Shown piece by piece: positions 1-11,569 of a stretch of 64,000 nt of DNA. Each line of letters opens with the position of its first letter. Positions within the stretch are counted from its first letter, which is position 1. The DNA lies in NCBI GenBank assembly GCA_910578525.1, contig CAJTRF010000003.1, positions 6,442 through 70,441 on the forward strand, in the 5' to 3' direction. The stretch comes from an uncultured Mycoplasmatales bacterium. GTDB taxonomy: Bacteria > Bacillota_I > Bacilli_A > Mycoplasmatales > Mycoplasmoidaceae. A program made the translations under genes and the position numbers. The notes beneath the pieces were generated by a model. The model did not search any database. It saw only the letters and a program-made list of their open reading frames with translations, and had not been told where the DNA came from.

Positions 1-1108
1 AAGTGATATAGTCACTAAAGAATTTTATGATTTTAAAGACAAAGGTGATAGACACATTGTATTAAGACCAGAAGGTACAGCAGGTGTAATCAGAGCATTA
101 ATTGAAGAAAAATTAATTTATTCTAAACAATTACCAATTAAAGTTTATTACACTGGTCCAATGTTTCGTTATGAACGTCCACAAAGCGGACGTCTAAGAC
201 AATTTAATCAAATTGGAATTGAGTGTGTTGGTACGAATAATTGTTATGATGATGCTGATATTTTAATATTAGCAAATAACTTTTTAAGAATTTTAGGATT
301 AAAGAATTATTCTATTTCTATTAATAATATTGGTAATTTTGAAACTCGTTCAAAATGAATTGCTGAGTTAAAAAAATATTTTAAAAAATATGAAAAAGAT
401 TTAACCCAAGATTCAATAAAAAGAATCAACACAAATCCATTAAGAATCTTGGATGATAAAGTTGATGGCAAAAAAGATTTTGTTAAAAATGCTCCAAAAA
501 TCGATAATTTTTTATCAAAAGAAGAAAAAGAATATTTTGAAGAATTGGTTAAATTATTAAAGATGGCTCAAGTTAATTTTACTATTGATCCAACTTTAGT
601 TAGAGGTTTAGATTATTACACAAATTTCGTTTTTGAAATCACTTCAAATGAAAAAATCCTAGATGGTCAGCCAACATTAATTGGTGGCGGTAGATATTCT
701 TGTTTAGTTAAAGAATTAGGTGGTACAGATTTATCTTGCTGTGGTTTTGCAATCGGTATGGAAAGAATCCTAATTCAATTAGAAGCAGAAAAACAAGAAT
801 TATGTAAACCATTCTCTGCAGATACATGCATAGCATGTATTTCGGATAAAGCTGAAATTAAAAGAGTTGCTTTATTAGCTGCTAATTTAATTAAAACTAC
901 TGGTTTTAGTTGTGTTACAAATTTTGATTCAGTTAAATTAGAAAAACATTTTAAATATGCAAAAGAAAATAATGCAAAATTTGTAATCATCTTAGGTGAA
1001 AAAGAATATGAAAAAGCACAATTTGTTGTAAAAGATCAAACAAATATGACACAAGAAAATGTTAGTGCTGATAATTTAATAGATTATTTAAAATCTAAAA
1101 TAAAATAA
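1..1108 (+). CDS. hisS: histidine--tRNA ligase, 5' end cut by window edge
   Basis: Frame 2 is open from the window start. HisRS motifs LRPEGTAGVIR and MFRYERPQSGRLRQFNQ are present. In-frame UGA at 356-358 joins track ORFs 161-358 and 449-1108. Confidence 0.95.
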
Positions 1109-1116
1109 TTAAGGTT

Positions 1117-2853
1117 ATGATAAATTGACGTTATTGTGGAATGGTGGATAAAACAGCTGTAGGCCAAAATATTACTATTCAAGGATGAGTAAGAAAAAAT
1201 AGAAAATTAGGAAGTTTAATTTTCTTAGATATTTATGATCGTTATGGATTAGTTCAAGTCGTTGTTGAAGAAAACAACAAGTATTTTGAACAAATTTATT
1301 CAACACCAAAAGAATCAGTTGTTAAAATATTTGGTCAAGTAAATTTAAGAAAGTCTCCTAACACAAAAATCAAAAATGGTGATGTTGAAATTTTACTTAA
1401 AGAATTTACTTTAATTTCAAAATCTGAAACTACACCAATCATTGTTGAAGAAACAACTGATGCTTTAGAAGACACTCGTCTAAAATATCGTTATTTAGAT
1501 TTAAGAAGAAGTCCTGTTCAAAAAAACATTATTTTACGTAGTAAAATAATTAATTCATTAAGAAACTATTTAGTTAAACAAGATTTTATTGAAATCGAAA
1601 CTCCTTATTTATCTAAACCAACCCCTGAAGGTGCACGTGATTATTTAGTTCCAACTAGAAATAATCCAAATTCTTTTTATGCTCTTCCACAATCCCCTCA
1701 AATTTACAAACAACTTTTAATGGTTGCTGGATTTTTAAAATACTTTCAAGTTGCACGTTGTTTTAGAGATGAAGATTTAAGAGCGGATCGTCAACCAGAA
1801 TTTACTCAATTAGACATTGAAATGTCTTTTGTTGATGAAAAGATCATCATGGAAAACACTGAAAAAATGTTTTCATCAATGATGAAAGAAGTGTTTGGAA
1901 TAACTATTAAAACTCCTTTTGAAATTATTGCTTATACTGATGCAATAAATAATTATGGTAGTGATAAACCTGATTTAAGATTTGATTTAAAACTTAATAA
2001 TGCAAATGAATATTTTAAGTCATCAACTTGCAAAATATTTTCTTCAAACCTTGAAAAGAATAATGTAATTAAATACATTATTGTTGATCAAATAATTGAT
2101 AAAAAAGAAATAGAAGTATTAAGAAAATTAGCTAAAGATAATAAAGCTTTTGATTTAATCTTTTTAACACTTAAAAACAATGAAATATCAGGCTCAATTA
2201 AAAATATTGTAGAACACGATATTATTAAAAATATTTTCTCTAATCACAATATTTCTAATGGAACAATGTTTATTGTTGCTGATAAATTATCTGTTGCTAA
2301 TCAAGCTTTAGGTTCAGTAAGAAATGAATTAGCTTCATTCTTAAAATTTAAAGATCCAAAAGATTATAAATTCTGCTGGATAACTGATTGACCACTATAT
2401 GAATATAGTGAAGAAGAAAACAGATATGTAGCAGCTCACCATCCATTTACTTCTCCTACACCTGATTGCATTAACACTTTTGATGTTGATCAAAAGAATG
2501 CAAAAGCCCGTGCATATGATATTGTTTTAAATGGTTATGAAATTGGTGGAGGAAGTATTAGAATTACTTCAACTGATGTTCAACAAAGAATGTTTAAAGC
2601 ATTAGGCTTAGAAAAAGAACAAATCCAAAATAAATTTGGATTTATGTTGGACGCTTTCAAATATGGTGTTCCTCCACATGGCGGAATCGCTTTAGGGTTA
2701 GATCGTTTAGTGATGTTATTAACTGGTAGCGAAAGTATTAGAGATGTGATTGCTTTCCCTAAAAACAGTCATGGTAATGATTTGATGATGGAATCTCCTG
2801 GAGAAGTAGATGAATCATCATTAGATGAATTACATTTAAGTATTAAAAAATAA
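1117..2853 (+). CDS. aspS: aspartate--tRNA ligase
   Basis: ATG at 1117 (alternative ATG 1141). Same frame as track ORFs 1720-2391 and 2590-2853, joined through UGA codons. Class II motifs [24 protein letters not shown] and [10 protein letters not shown]. Confidence 0.95.
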
Positions 2854-2901
2854 TTTTCATCTATATAAATACTAATTATTTATAATATCAAAATATATAT
2901 T

Positions 2902-3726
2902 ATGCCTAATAAAGCTATTGAGTTTTCTAATATCACTTTTGGATATACAAAAGACATGATTAACTTAGATGATGTTTCATTCACTATTTTTGAAAATGAA
3001 TATGTTTGCATTATTGGGCATAATGGTTCAGGAAAATCTACATTATCTAAAGTATTAACAGGATTGTTAAAACCTCAAAAAGGAACAATTAAATTATTTG
3101 ATCAAGTTATTAATCAACAAAATTTAAAACACTTACGTGATAATGTAGGTATTGTTTTCCAGAATCCAGATAACCAATTTATTGGTTTGACTCCAGAAGA
3201 TGATATTGCTTTTGGATTAGAAAATCGTAAAGTAAATCCAAAGCAAATGAAGAAAATCATTTGACAAGTGGCTAGAGCAATAAATATTGTTGATTTGCTA
3301 AAACTTGATGCTCAAACATTATCTGGTGGACAAAAACAAAGAGTAGCAATTGCTTCTGTATTGGCTATTAATCCAAAAATTATTATTTTTGATGAATCTA
3401 CATCTATGTTAGATCCACGTGGAAAAGCTGAATTAAAACAATTAATGCTGCTACTTAAAAATAAATATCATAAAACTGTTGTAAGTATTACTCATGATAT
3501 GGAAGAAGTAGTTAATGCTGATAAAGTAGTAATTTTAAAAGGTGGAAAATTACAAAAAGTTGGTTCACCTGCTGAAGTGTTTGAAAATGAAAAATTCTTA
3601 AAAGAAATTCAATTAGATATTCCTTTTAATTTAGATTTGTCTAAACAATTAAGTACTAAAATGAAAAATATTAAACCTAGTTTAAAATTAGAAAATTTAA
3701 TTAGTCAACTATATGATGCAAAATAA
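2902..3726 (+). CDS. ecfA1: ECF transporter ATPase component 1 (ABC ATPase)
   Basis: Walker A GHNGSGKST, signature LSGGQKQR, Walker B IIIFDEST. UGA at 3262-3264 joins two track ORFs. First of two tandem ATPases ahead of ecfT. Confidence 0.9.
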
Positions 3727-4615
3727 TCAAATTAAAATTAAAGATTTAAAGGTAGTTTTTGATGAAGGCACACCAAATCAAAAAGTAGTTTTTGATAAAT
3801 TTTCTAAAACATTTGATTCTGATAAAATTCATTTTATCATTGGTAATTCAGGAAGTGGTAAAACTACATTATTGTCTCACTTTAATGGGTTATTAAAATC
3901 AAAATATGGTGATATTTTTATTAGTGATTTATCCATCTTAGGTAAAAAGAAAAAAATCAAAAAAATTAAAAACTTGAGAAAGAAAGTTGGAATGGTATTT
4001 CAATTTCCTGAATATCAATTATTTAAAGATACAATCGAAAAAGATATTATGTTTGGTCCTGTTAATTTAGGTGTTTCAAAGGAAACTGCTAAAAAACGTG
4101 CTAAGAAATATCTTAACATGCTAGGATTAGATTCTTCTTTTTTACAACGTTCTCCATTTAATTTGTCTGGTGGACAAAAACGTAGAGTTGCATTGGCTGG
4201 CATTTTAGCAATTGAACCTGACATCATTATCTTTGATGAACCAACAGCCGGGTTAGATCCTGCAGGCGAAAAAGATATGATGAATATCATATTGAATCTT
4301 AAGAAGCTTGGTAAAACAATTTATGTTATTACTCATGTAATGGATCAAGTTTTATGAATTGGTGATCAGGTAACTGTTGTCGGTAATAAAAAAATATTAG
4401 CTTCTGGTGTACCATATGATATTTTCACGAACAATAAGTTGATTTATGAAAATTTCTTAGATAAGCCAAAGGTAATTAAAGTCATTGAAGAACTTGTCAA
4501 GATTGACAAGAAATTTAATGAATTGTATAAAATGAGACCAAAAAATGTTGACCAATTAGCTGATTGTATTTATGAAATAGTTAAAAATTCTCCTAAGAAA
4601 GGAGGTAAGAAATAA
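3713..4615 (+). CDS. ecfA2: ECF transporter ATPase component 2 (ABC ATPase)
   Basis: GNSGSGKTT, LSGGQKRR and IIIFDEPT motifs. Reads through UGA 4355-4357 to TAA 4613-4615. Overlaps ecfA1 3' end by 14 nt. Confidence 0.9.
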
Positions 4616-5721
4616 TGAATAATTTTTCTAACTTTATCCATAGTAAAACGTTCATGCACAAAATGAATCCATCATTAAAATTAATGATCACTATTTTTTT
4701 AATAGTAATGATTTTTTTACCTATTGGTTTTTTTGGTCAGTTAATATGTTTATTAATTATTCTTCCTTTATGATTTTCTTCTAAACTTCCTTGAAAGAGA
4801 ATGAAAGCAATTTTGATTTCATGCGGTGTAATGTTCTTATTATTATTTGTAATTAACTGAATTGCTTTTAAATCGCCTTCATTACTTTATTTGAATAATA
4901 ATATTCATTGACTTTTCTTTTATGGTAACTATGGAATGTTTGGAAATAACGTCATTATAAATGTTGGAACATCTTCTGGAATAGTTCCTACAGATTTTCA
5001 TTTCTTATCTGGGTTTTTATGGGGTGGCAATGTTGGTACAACTTGTTTGTATACTATGAAACCAACTGATAGTTCTGTTTCATATATTTCAATTGTATCT
5101 AACGATTTTGCTGGCATTCCTGGTATATCAAAAAACACCTTATATCTATATTACACTAAGAATTGATATTGTTTGTCTTCTGATGTAATTACTAACACAA
5201 CATATATTACAATTAAGATTTTTATGATGGTAACAATTGTCTCATTGTTAGTATCAACAACATCAAGTGTTCAGTTAACATTTGCTATTGAAGATATCTT
5301 AAGTCCATTAAAATATTTAAAAGTTCCAGTAAATGAATGATCAATGACAATTTCGATTGCAATCAGATTCGTTCCATCTCTTCTTGAAGAATCTCAAAAG
5401 ATTCTTAAAGCTCAAGCTTCAAGAGGTGTTGATTTCTCAAATGGTAATTTTAAAGATAAGGTTAAAGCTATTGTATCTTTAGTAGTTCCAATGTTTAGTG
5501 TTGCTTTCCATAAAGCTGATGATCTAGCAAATGCTATGGAAGCTCGTTCATATAATCCAAGATATTCAAGAACAAGATATCGTAGTTATTCTATTCAATG
5601 ATACGAATGATGCTTCTTCTTATTTATTACTACATTATTAGGTTTTATGATTACCTTCACAGCATTTGGTTGTGTATTTGCTCCATTCTCATGAATTGAA
5701 GCAATAACCGTTTTAGGTTAA
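4615..5721 (+). CDS. ecfT: ECF transporter transmembrane (T) component, unusually long
   Basis: ATG at 4615 overlaps the ecfA2 stop (TAATG). Frame 1 joins track ORFs 4936-5166 and 5344-5601 through several UGAs. Hydrophobic segments plus the EcfT-like region AQASRGVDF...AMEARSY. Confidence 0.85.
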
Positions 5722-5722
5722 T

Positions 5723-6445
5723 ATGAATTACAAAGTAACATTAGCATATGATGGAAGTAAATTCCATGGATGAGCTATCCAACCAAATGTAATAACTGTT
5801 CAACAAACTGTTATTAATGCGTTAAATAAAATTTTAAAACATGAAGTTAAAATTATTGGAGCTGGACGAACCGATGCATATGTGCATGCTATAAATCAAG
5901 TTTTTAGTTTTAAAATTAAACAAGATTTAATAAATATGGATTTTAAAAAAGCAATGAATGATCAATTGCCAAATTCTATAAGAATTAAATCTATTCAAGT
6001 AGTTGATGACAAATTTAATGCCCAACACTACGCCTTAAATAAAACATATAAATATGTTATTAAAACAGGTTCATATGATTTGTTTAATAATGACTATTTA
6101 TATAACTACAACAAAAAAATTAATGTTTCATTATTAAGAAAGGTTTCAAAAGTATTGTTAGGTAAACATGATTTTTTATCATTTAGTACTAGCGAATTAA
6201 AGGATACTGTTAGAACAGTTAATTCTATAACTTTTACTAAAAATAAAGATTTGTTAATTATCAGAATTAACGGGAACGGTTTCTTAAGAAACCAAGTGAG
6301 AATGATAGTTGGATCTTTTTTAGATATTAATGAAAATAAAAAAGATATAAACTCATTAAGAGGATTGCTATCTAATCCAAAAAAAGGAAGTTGTATTAGA
6401 AAGGCGCCAGGTTGTGGTTTATATCTTGAAAAAATTAATTATTAA
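5723..6445 (+). CDS. truA: tRNA pseudouridine(38-40) synthase
   Basis: N-terminus MNYKVTLAYDGSKFHGW and catalytic GAGRTDAYVHA. UGA joins the upstream part to track ORF 5882-6445. Confidence 0.9.
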
Positions 6446-6469
6446 AAAAACTCACATGAGTCTGTGAGT

Positions 6470-7183
6470 TTATTCTGGATCGTAATTACTTACAACTGAT
6501 TGAATGTCATCATCATCTTCACAAGAAGCGATAAAACGATCATATTTTTCTTTAATATTATCAGGTAATGAAGTAATCATGTTTTGACTGATCATTTTAA
6601 TGTCTGCTTCAAAAACATTAAATCCTGCAGATTTTAAAGCGTCTTTTGCTTTATAAAAATCATCTGGTTCAGTCAACACTTGAAATGCATCTTCATATTC
6701 TACAATATCAACTATTTGATATTCCATAGTAGTTTCCATAATGCTATCCATATTTACTTTGTCATCTTTAACAATAGTAATTACTCCGTATTTATTAAAG
6801 AAACTTTTAACACTATTTGCTTTGGCAATTTTAGCATCAAATTTTGATAAATAGCCTCTTAAGTTACTAGCGACCCTATTAGGATTATCAGTTAATGCAT
6901 CAACAATAATTTGAATGCCATTAGGACCATAGCATTCATATTCTAAATTAACTAATTCTGATTCATCTTTTTGAGAACCATTGATATTCTTTTCAATTGA
7001 TTCTCTTGATAAATTTTTACTTAAAGCTTTTTCAATAGCAGCTTTTAATCTTGGATTGGCTTCAGGATTTGGTCCACCAACCTTTACTGCGGCTTTAATT
7101 TCTCTGGCAAGTTTTTGTCAGATCTTTGCATTTTGTTGTTGTTTGCTATTTGTTTGACTAGCAACCAAGTGTTTACGAGGCAT
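6470..7183 (-). CDS. yebC: YebC/PmpR family DNA-binding regulatory protein
   Basis: Minus-strand ATG at 7183. N-terminus MPRKHLVASQTNSKQQQNAKIWQKLAREIKAAVKVGGPNPEANPRLKAAIEKA. 714 nt, in frame with track ORF 6470-6751. Confidence 0.88.
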
Positions 7184-7199
7184 ATTTTTAATTATTAAA

Positions 7200-7285
7200 T
7201 GGTGCTCAGAAAGGGACTTGAACCCTTAAGATATTGCTATCGGTAGATTTTGAGTCTACTGCGTCTGCCATTCCGCCACCTGAGC
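7200..7285 (-). tRNA. tRNA-Leu (anticodon CAA), encoded CCA end
   Basis: The reverse complement folds as a cloverleaf. Acceptor GCTCAGG/TCTGAGC, anticodon stem GTAGA/TCTAC with loop CTCAAAA, long variable arm, T arm AAGGG-TTCAAGT-CCCTT. Confidence 0.9.
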
Positions 7286-7349
7286 ATTTAAATAAATTAT
7301 ATATGTGTAATGAATAGATGAATATATAATTTATATAAATAAATTATTT

Positions 7350-7904
7350 ATGGAAAAATTAACATTAGATGTGGTTATTGAAATCCCTAAAAATTCAAAA
7401 GTTAAATACGAGTACAATAGAAAAACTGGAAAGATAAGTGTTGATAGAATTCTATATGGTCCTTCTAGTTATCCACAAAACTATGGATTTATTCCTGAAG
7501 CATTAGACTGAGATGGTGATGAATTAGATGTTTTAGTTATTGCTGATCAAGAATTTATGCCAGGTGTTGTAGTTCCTACAAGAATCTTGGGAGCTATGGA
7601 AATGATTGATGGTGGTGAAACTGATACTAAGTTAATTGGTGTAATTGATTGTGATCCAAGATTCAAAGGATACAACAACTTAGCAAGTCTTCCTGAACAT
7701 CTATTATTAGAAATTAAAGATTTCTTTGAAACTTATAAGAGATTACAAAAGAAACAAGTAATCGTTAAAGGTTTCCAAGAAGTTGAATGAGCAACTAAAG
7801 AATATCATGAATGCGTTGAACTTATGAATAAGTATGGCAAAATTGATAAGGATGCATTTGTTGAACAAATGAAAAAAGAACATCCAGAAAAATATTGCGC
7901 TTAA
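7350..7904 (+). CDS. ppa: inorganic pyrophosphatase (family I)
   Basis: VVIEIPKNSKVKYEYNRKTG...[23 protein letters not shown] motifs. UGAs at 7509-7511 and 7788-7790 are read through to TAA 7902-7904. Confidence 0.92.
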
Positions 7905-8791
7905 TTTAATTCATTAGTTATTTTGAAATGTAGCTTTGCAAATTTAGGTAATTTACTACCAAGTTTACGAGCTACTTTTTTTACAGTTGGATCAACACTA
8001 CCAAATGGAATTTTAACTTTTGCTTTAGCAGATAATTCTTGCATTTGATTTTCAAATAAAACCCTTGAAATAATAGAAGCTAATGCAACTGCTAAATATT
8101 TACTTTCAGCCTTTGTTGTTAAAATATCAATTTTTTGCGCTTTAACTTTTGCCTTTTTTAAATATTCATAATATTTTTTTTCATTAACAAATTGATCTAA
8201 AACAATTTTGATGCTTTTGTTTTTATCAACTTTTTCTAAAAGTCTATTAATAGCTGCATTATGACAATATGCCTTAATAGCATTAGCGTTTTTTAATTTA
8301 TTAAATAAATTATTGTATTGTTCAGGGTTTAAGGTTGCAGAGTCAAATTTAATACTAACTTTTTTAAATTTTAATAAATTTATAAGTTCATCATAAATTT
8401 GATGCATTTTAATTGAAGTTAATTTTTTTGAATCATTAACTCCTAATTTAGCAATTGTTTGTTCATCTTCTACCGGAATATAACAAGCTGTGCAAACTAT
8501 TCCGCCAAAATAATCACCGGTTCCTACTTCGTCACAGCCGATAAATGAACAATTAATAGGTAATTTAGTAGTTGATTGTTTAGTGACACTAATATTTAAA
8601 AATTTTAAAATTTTATCAACACTTTTTCCTTGAATTAACAATTTTTTAGATTTATATAAATAAACTTTTGTTTTGTCATATTCATATGCATGTGCAACAT
8701 ACATGTTAGTAACACCAATTTCATATTTTGACATTCTTTTTGAAATATATTCAAATTGTTTATCAGTTAATTGTTTAGAAAAAGAAACCAT
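7901..8791 (-). CDS. rnhC: ribonuclease HIII
   Basis: Track ORF 7901-8824. GCDEVGTGDYFGG catalytic motif and an N-terminal HIII-type domain. I prefer the internal ATG at 8791 (MVSFSKQL), because the longer form would overlap the divergent neighbour. Confidence 0.85.
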   Translation of the reverse strand: MVSFSKQLTDKQFEYISKRMSKYEIGVTNMYVAHAYEYDKTKVYLYKSKKLLIQGKSVDKILKFLNISVTKQSTTKLPINCSFIGCDEVGTGDYFGGIVCTACYIPVEDEQTIAKLGVNDSKKLTSIKMHQIYDELINLLKFKKVSIKFDSATLNPEQYNNLFNKLKNANAIKAYCHNAAINRLLEKVDKNKSIKIVLDQFVNEKKYYEYLKKAKVKAQKIDILTTKAESKYLAVALASIISRVLFENQMQELSAKAKVKIPFGSVDPTVKKVARKLGSKLPKFAKLHFKITNELN

Positions 8792-8817
8792 ATTTATATA
8801 ATTATATATGTACAAAT

Positions 8818-9168
8818 ATGACAAATAAATTAGATCAAATGATGCATGAAATATTGAACAAGAAGTTCAATAAAAAGATCCATTCAGGATATGATCCTGA
8901 AGATGTTGATGCATTTTTTGATTATGTAAATAATTACTTAAGAGAAATCAACACTCAAGCTAATAGTTTATTAGCTTCCTTACAAAATGCTCAAAAAGAG
9001 AGAGATGCATTAAACATAGCTGTTAATGAAAAAAATAAAACTATTGAACGTTTGCAAAACGAAATTGATGAATTAAAGGCTGAAGGTTACAACAATCAAA
9101 GATTAAGTAGCGAACTTTCTGAATTAAAAAAGAAAATTGGTAAAATTGAAGAAAAAGGAAATAAATAA
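8818..9168 (+). CDS. DivIVA-domain / GpsB-like coiled-coil protein
   Basis: N-terminal FNKKIHSGYDPEDVDAFFDYV DivIVA signature followed by a coiled coil. Confidence 0.75.
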   Translation: MTNKLDQMMHEILNKKFNKKIHSGYDPEDVDAFFDYVNNYLREINTQANSLLASLQNAQKERDALNIAVNEKNKTIERLQNEIDELKAEGYNNQRLSSELSELKKKIGKIEEKGNK

Positions 9169-9173
9169 TTTTA

Positions 9174-10277
9174 ATGATTCTTATCATTGCTTTAATTTTT
9201 ATCTTAGTTTTGTGAGGTGTTAAAACAAATCCAGAACCACAAAACAACTTTTCAAAACACGAGTGTGATAGTTTTAGAGGTGCTGGGTGTATTTTTGTGT
9301 TTATTGCACACACATTAGGTCGTGTATTATCAGAGAACGGGTTAACTACCATTGATAAACCATATGGTTGTGAATTCTTTTCTTATGACTTTTTTAATAT
9401 TCTTTTAAATTCATTTGGAGCATTAGCAGTAGGAATGTTCTTTATGTTAAGTGGTTATGGGTTAGCACTTCAATTTAAAAAGAACAATAACGGTTATTTA
9501 AAAAAGATGTATTTTTTTAAAATGCCTAAAATTTATTTAATTTTAATATTAACAAATATTCTATTTTACCTTGTTAATTTTTTAAAATCAGATTTACCAG
9601 CTGTTGAAGTAGCGTTGAGAATTTTTGGTTTTGAATGAATTGATAGATTAAATGGTGCTTCTTGATATTTAAATACATTATTAGTTTTGTATCTGTCGTT
9701 TTCAACAATTAATTTAATTTGTTATAAAGTTAAAAATAAAGATTTAGTTTTATGTTTATCAGCCGCTATTCCAGTAGTTGTTATGAGTGTAATAATTTTC
9801 ACTTATAACCGATATGGTTTTAATGTTGGGATCCACATGAGAGGAATTTTCTGCTTCATGTTAGGAACAATATATTTTATTTTTAAACCAAAAATTGATT
9901 CATTACTATTAAAATATGGAAAATATTTTGTATTATTTTCTATTCTTCCAATTATTATTTTCCAAGAGCCGCTTGAAGTAATGCAAGAGAATATTTCGTG
10001 TTTCTTGTTTTGTGTTGATTTAATTTATTTTTCATTACTATTTACAAACAAGAATAAAGTTTTAAAATGATTTAGTTCTATAAGTCTATATTTCTATATT
10101 TTTAATTTCTTATTTATTGATGTGTTGCTTCCTTTAATTAAAATAAATTGATTCTTATATTTCCTTGTTATGTGTGTTACTACAATACTAGTAGCAGTTA
10201 TTTGAACTTATGCTGACAAATACACTACTATTGGTATTAAGAAACTATTTACTAGAAATAAATTGTCAAAAAAATAG
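9174..10277 (+). CDS. acyltransferase-3 family integral membrane protein
   Basis: ATG at 9174. Frame 0 joins track ORFs 9297-9638 and 9687-10070 through UGAs to TAG 10275-10277. About 10 hydrophobic segments. N-terminal region FRGAGCIFVFIAH resembles acyltransferase-3. Confidence 0.6.
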
Positions 10278-10286
10278 ACAAAATTA

Positions 10287-10320
10287 AAAGCTGCACAGAC
10301 AACAAGATTGCAGCTTTTTA
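10287..10320 (+). terminator. rho-independent terminator after the acyltransferase gene
   Basis: Stem AAAGCTGCA / TGCAGCTTT followed by a T run. Confidence 0.7.
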
Positions 10321-10534
10321 AATATGTGCTGAGAATGAGACACATTTATGTGTGAAAGCAGTTGCACGTAGTATCGTACACAATCAAATATAGAAGTAGG
10401 ACACGATTGCATTATGATTATGATGTTATATGTAACACAAAAAACACAAAGAGCAATAGTTGAAAAACATTACTCATCTCACTTCAACCAGTGTTATATG
10501 GAAATTTTATTTTTTAGATATTTTGTTTTTCCTA

Positions 10535-10624
10535 TATAATAAAGGGACATTTAACCAACGAATATTAGTTAAATGATTTCTTTGCCTAATAATTAGGCAT
10601 GCCCATAAAGGAGGATTTATAACT
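10535..10624 (+). promoter_or_regulatory. rpsF promoter (-10 TATAAT at 10535-10540) and two-hairpin leader
   Basis: Hairpin 1 CATTTAAC/GTTAAATG (10548-10575). Hairpin 2 TGCCTAA/TTAGGCA (10583-10599). The SD AAAGGAGG follows directly. Confidence 0.45.
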
Positions 10625-11080
10625 ATGGCAAAATATGAAATAATGCTTTTAGTTGATGGAAACCTTGAAGAATCTAAAGCTTTAGATTCGATTAAGAGTT
10701 TAACAAAACTATTTAGCAAAGAAAAAGACTATAAAGAAACATCTTTAGGTCTTAGAGATCTAGCATACAAGATCAACGGTAATGCAAGAGCTTGATATAT
10801 TCAACTTAATTTTTCACTATCTGATACAGCAAAAATTGCTGAATTCAGACGTTTAGCTTTATTGGATAAGGCAATAATTAGAAACTTAATCATTAACTTA
10901 GATAAAGATTATGGTGCTACTGCTTTAAACAACCCTAAGAAAGTAAAACGTAGTGAAAATAAAGCTAAAAAATATAAAGAAAGAATGGCTAAGATTGCAG
11001 CTGAAAAAGAAGCTAGAGAAAAACAAATGAAAGAATTAACTGAAATTAATTCTATAGTTGACAACAAGAAAGAGCAATAA
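10625..11080 (+). CDS. rpsF: 30S ribosomal protein S6
   Basis: MAKYEIMLLVDGNL N-terminus behind a strong SD. UGA joins it to track ORF 10862-11080. Lysine-rich C-terminal tail. Confidence 0.92.
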
Positions 11081-11082
11081 TT

Positions 11083-11568
11083 ATGAATAAAGTATTTTTA
11101 GTTGGAAGACTAGTTGCTGACCCAGTGGCGTCAGTTACTTCAAGAGGTACTCAACAATCTAAAATCACTATTGCTGTTAATAGCAATAAAATGAAAGATG
11201 AAACATATTTCTTTCCTTGCATTGCTTGAGCAAATCCAGCAAACTTCATTAATAGTTTTTTAAAGAAAGGTGATTTAGTAGCTATTGATGGCGAACTAAC
11301 AAGACGTAGTTACATCTCAAAACAGTCTAACCAAACAGTTTATAATACTGAAATTGTTGTTAATACAATAAATTCAATTGGTTCTAGGAAACAAAATAAT
11401 GAATTTGCAAACGCAATTGAAAATGATCAACCAAAGAAATCTATTGATGATGCATTCAAAACAAATATAGTCACTAGTAATGAAATGAGTGATCAAAAAA
11501 CAACATCAACTCCATCAACAAATGATGAAATTGAATGATATGATGAATTAAATGAAGGAGATAAATAA
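11083..11568 (+). CDS. ssb: single-stranded DNA-binding protein
   Basis: [16 protein letters not shown]-fold N-terminus. Sits between rpsF and rpsR. In-frame UGAs. Acidic C-terminus. Confidence 0.9.
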
Positions 11569-11569
11569 T

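Noticed and set aside
775-990. Short antisense or off-frame track ORFs inside well-identified genes. Examples: 775-990, 4015-4290, 9041-9352, 11895-12086, 14207-14401, 15422-15730, 16354-16605, 19614-19832, 20088-20279, 21159-21374, 24878-25111, 25490-25696, 30360-30596, 31546-31740, 32591-32824, 33951-34139, 35518-35709, 40348-40548, 46368-46550, 48195-48428, 49368-49565, 50968-51153, 54635-54877, 56290-56496, 57687-58001, 58503-58799, 60421-60615 and 62014-62211
   Set aside because: Each lies within, or antisense to, a longer frame carrying conserved motifs. None has its own translation signals that I could see.
8792-8824. Longer N-terminus (MSYLYIYNYIN) for RNase HIII
   Set aside because: It would overlap the divergent DivIVA-domain gene start and consists of promoter-like TATA-rich sequence. 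The internal ATG at 8791 is more plausible, but this is unproven.
10507-10719. Minus-strand 70-aa ORF over the rpsF leader and start
   Set aside because: It is antisense to the rpsF N-terminus and its SD and promoter. No independent support.
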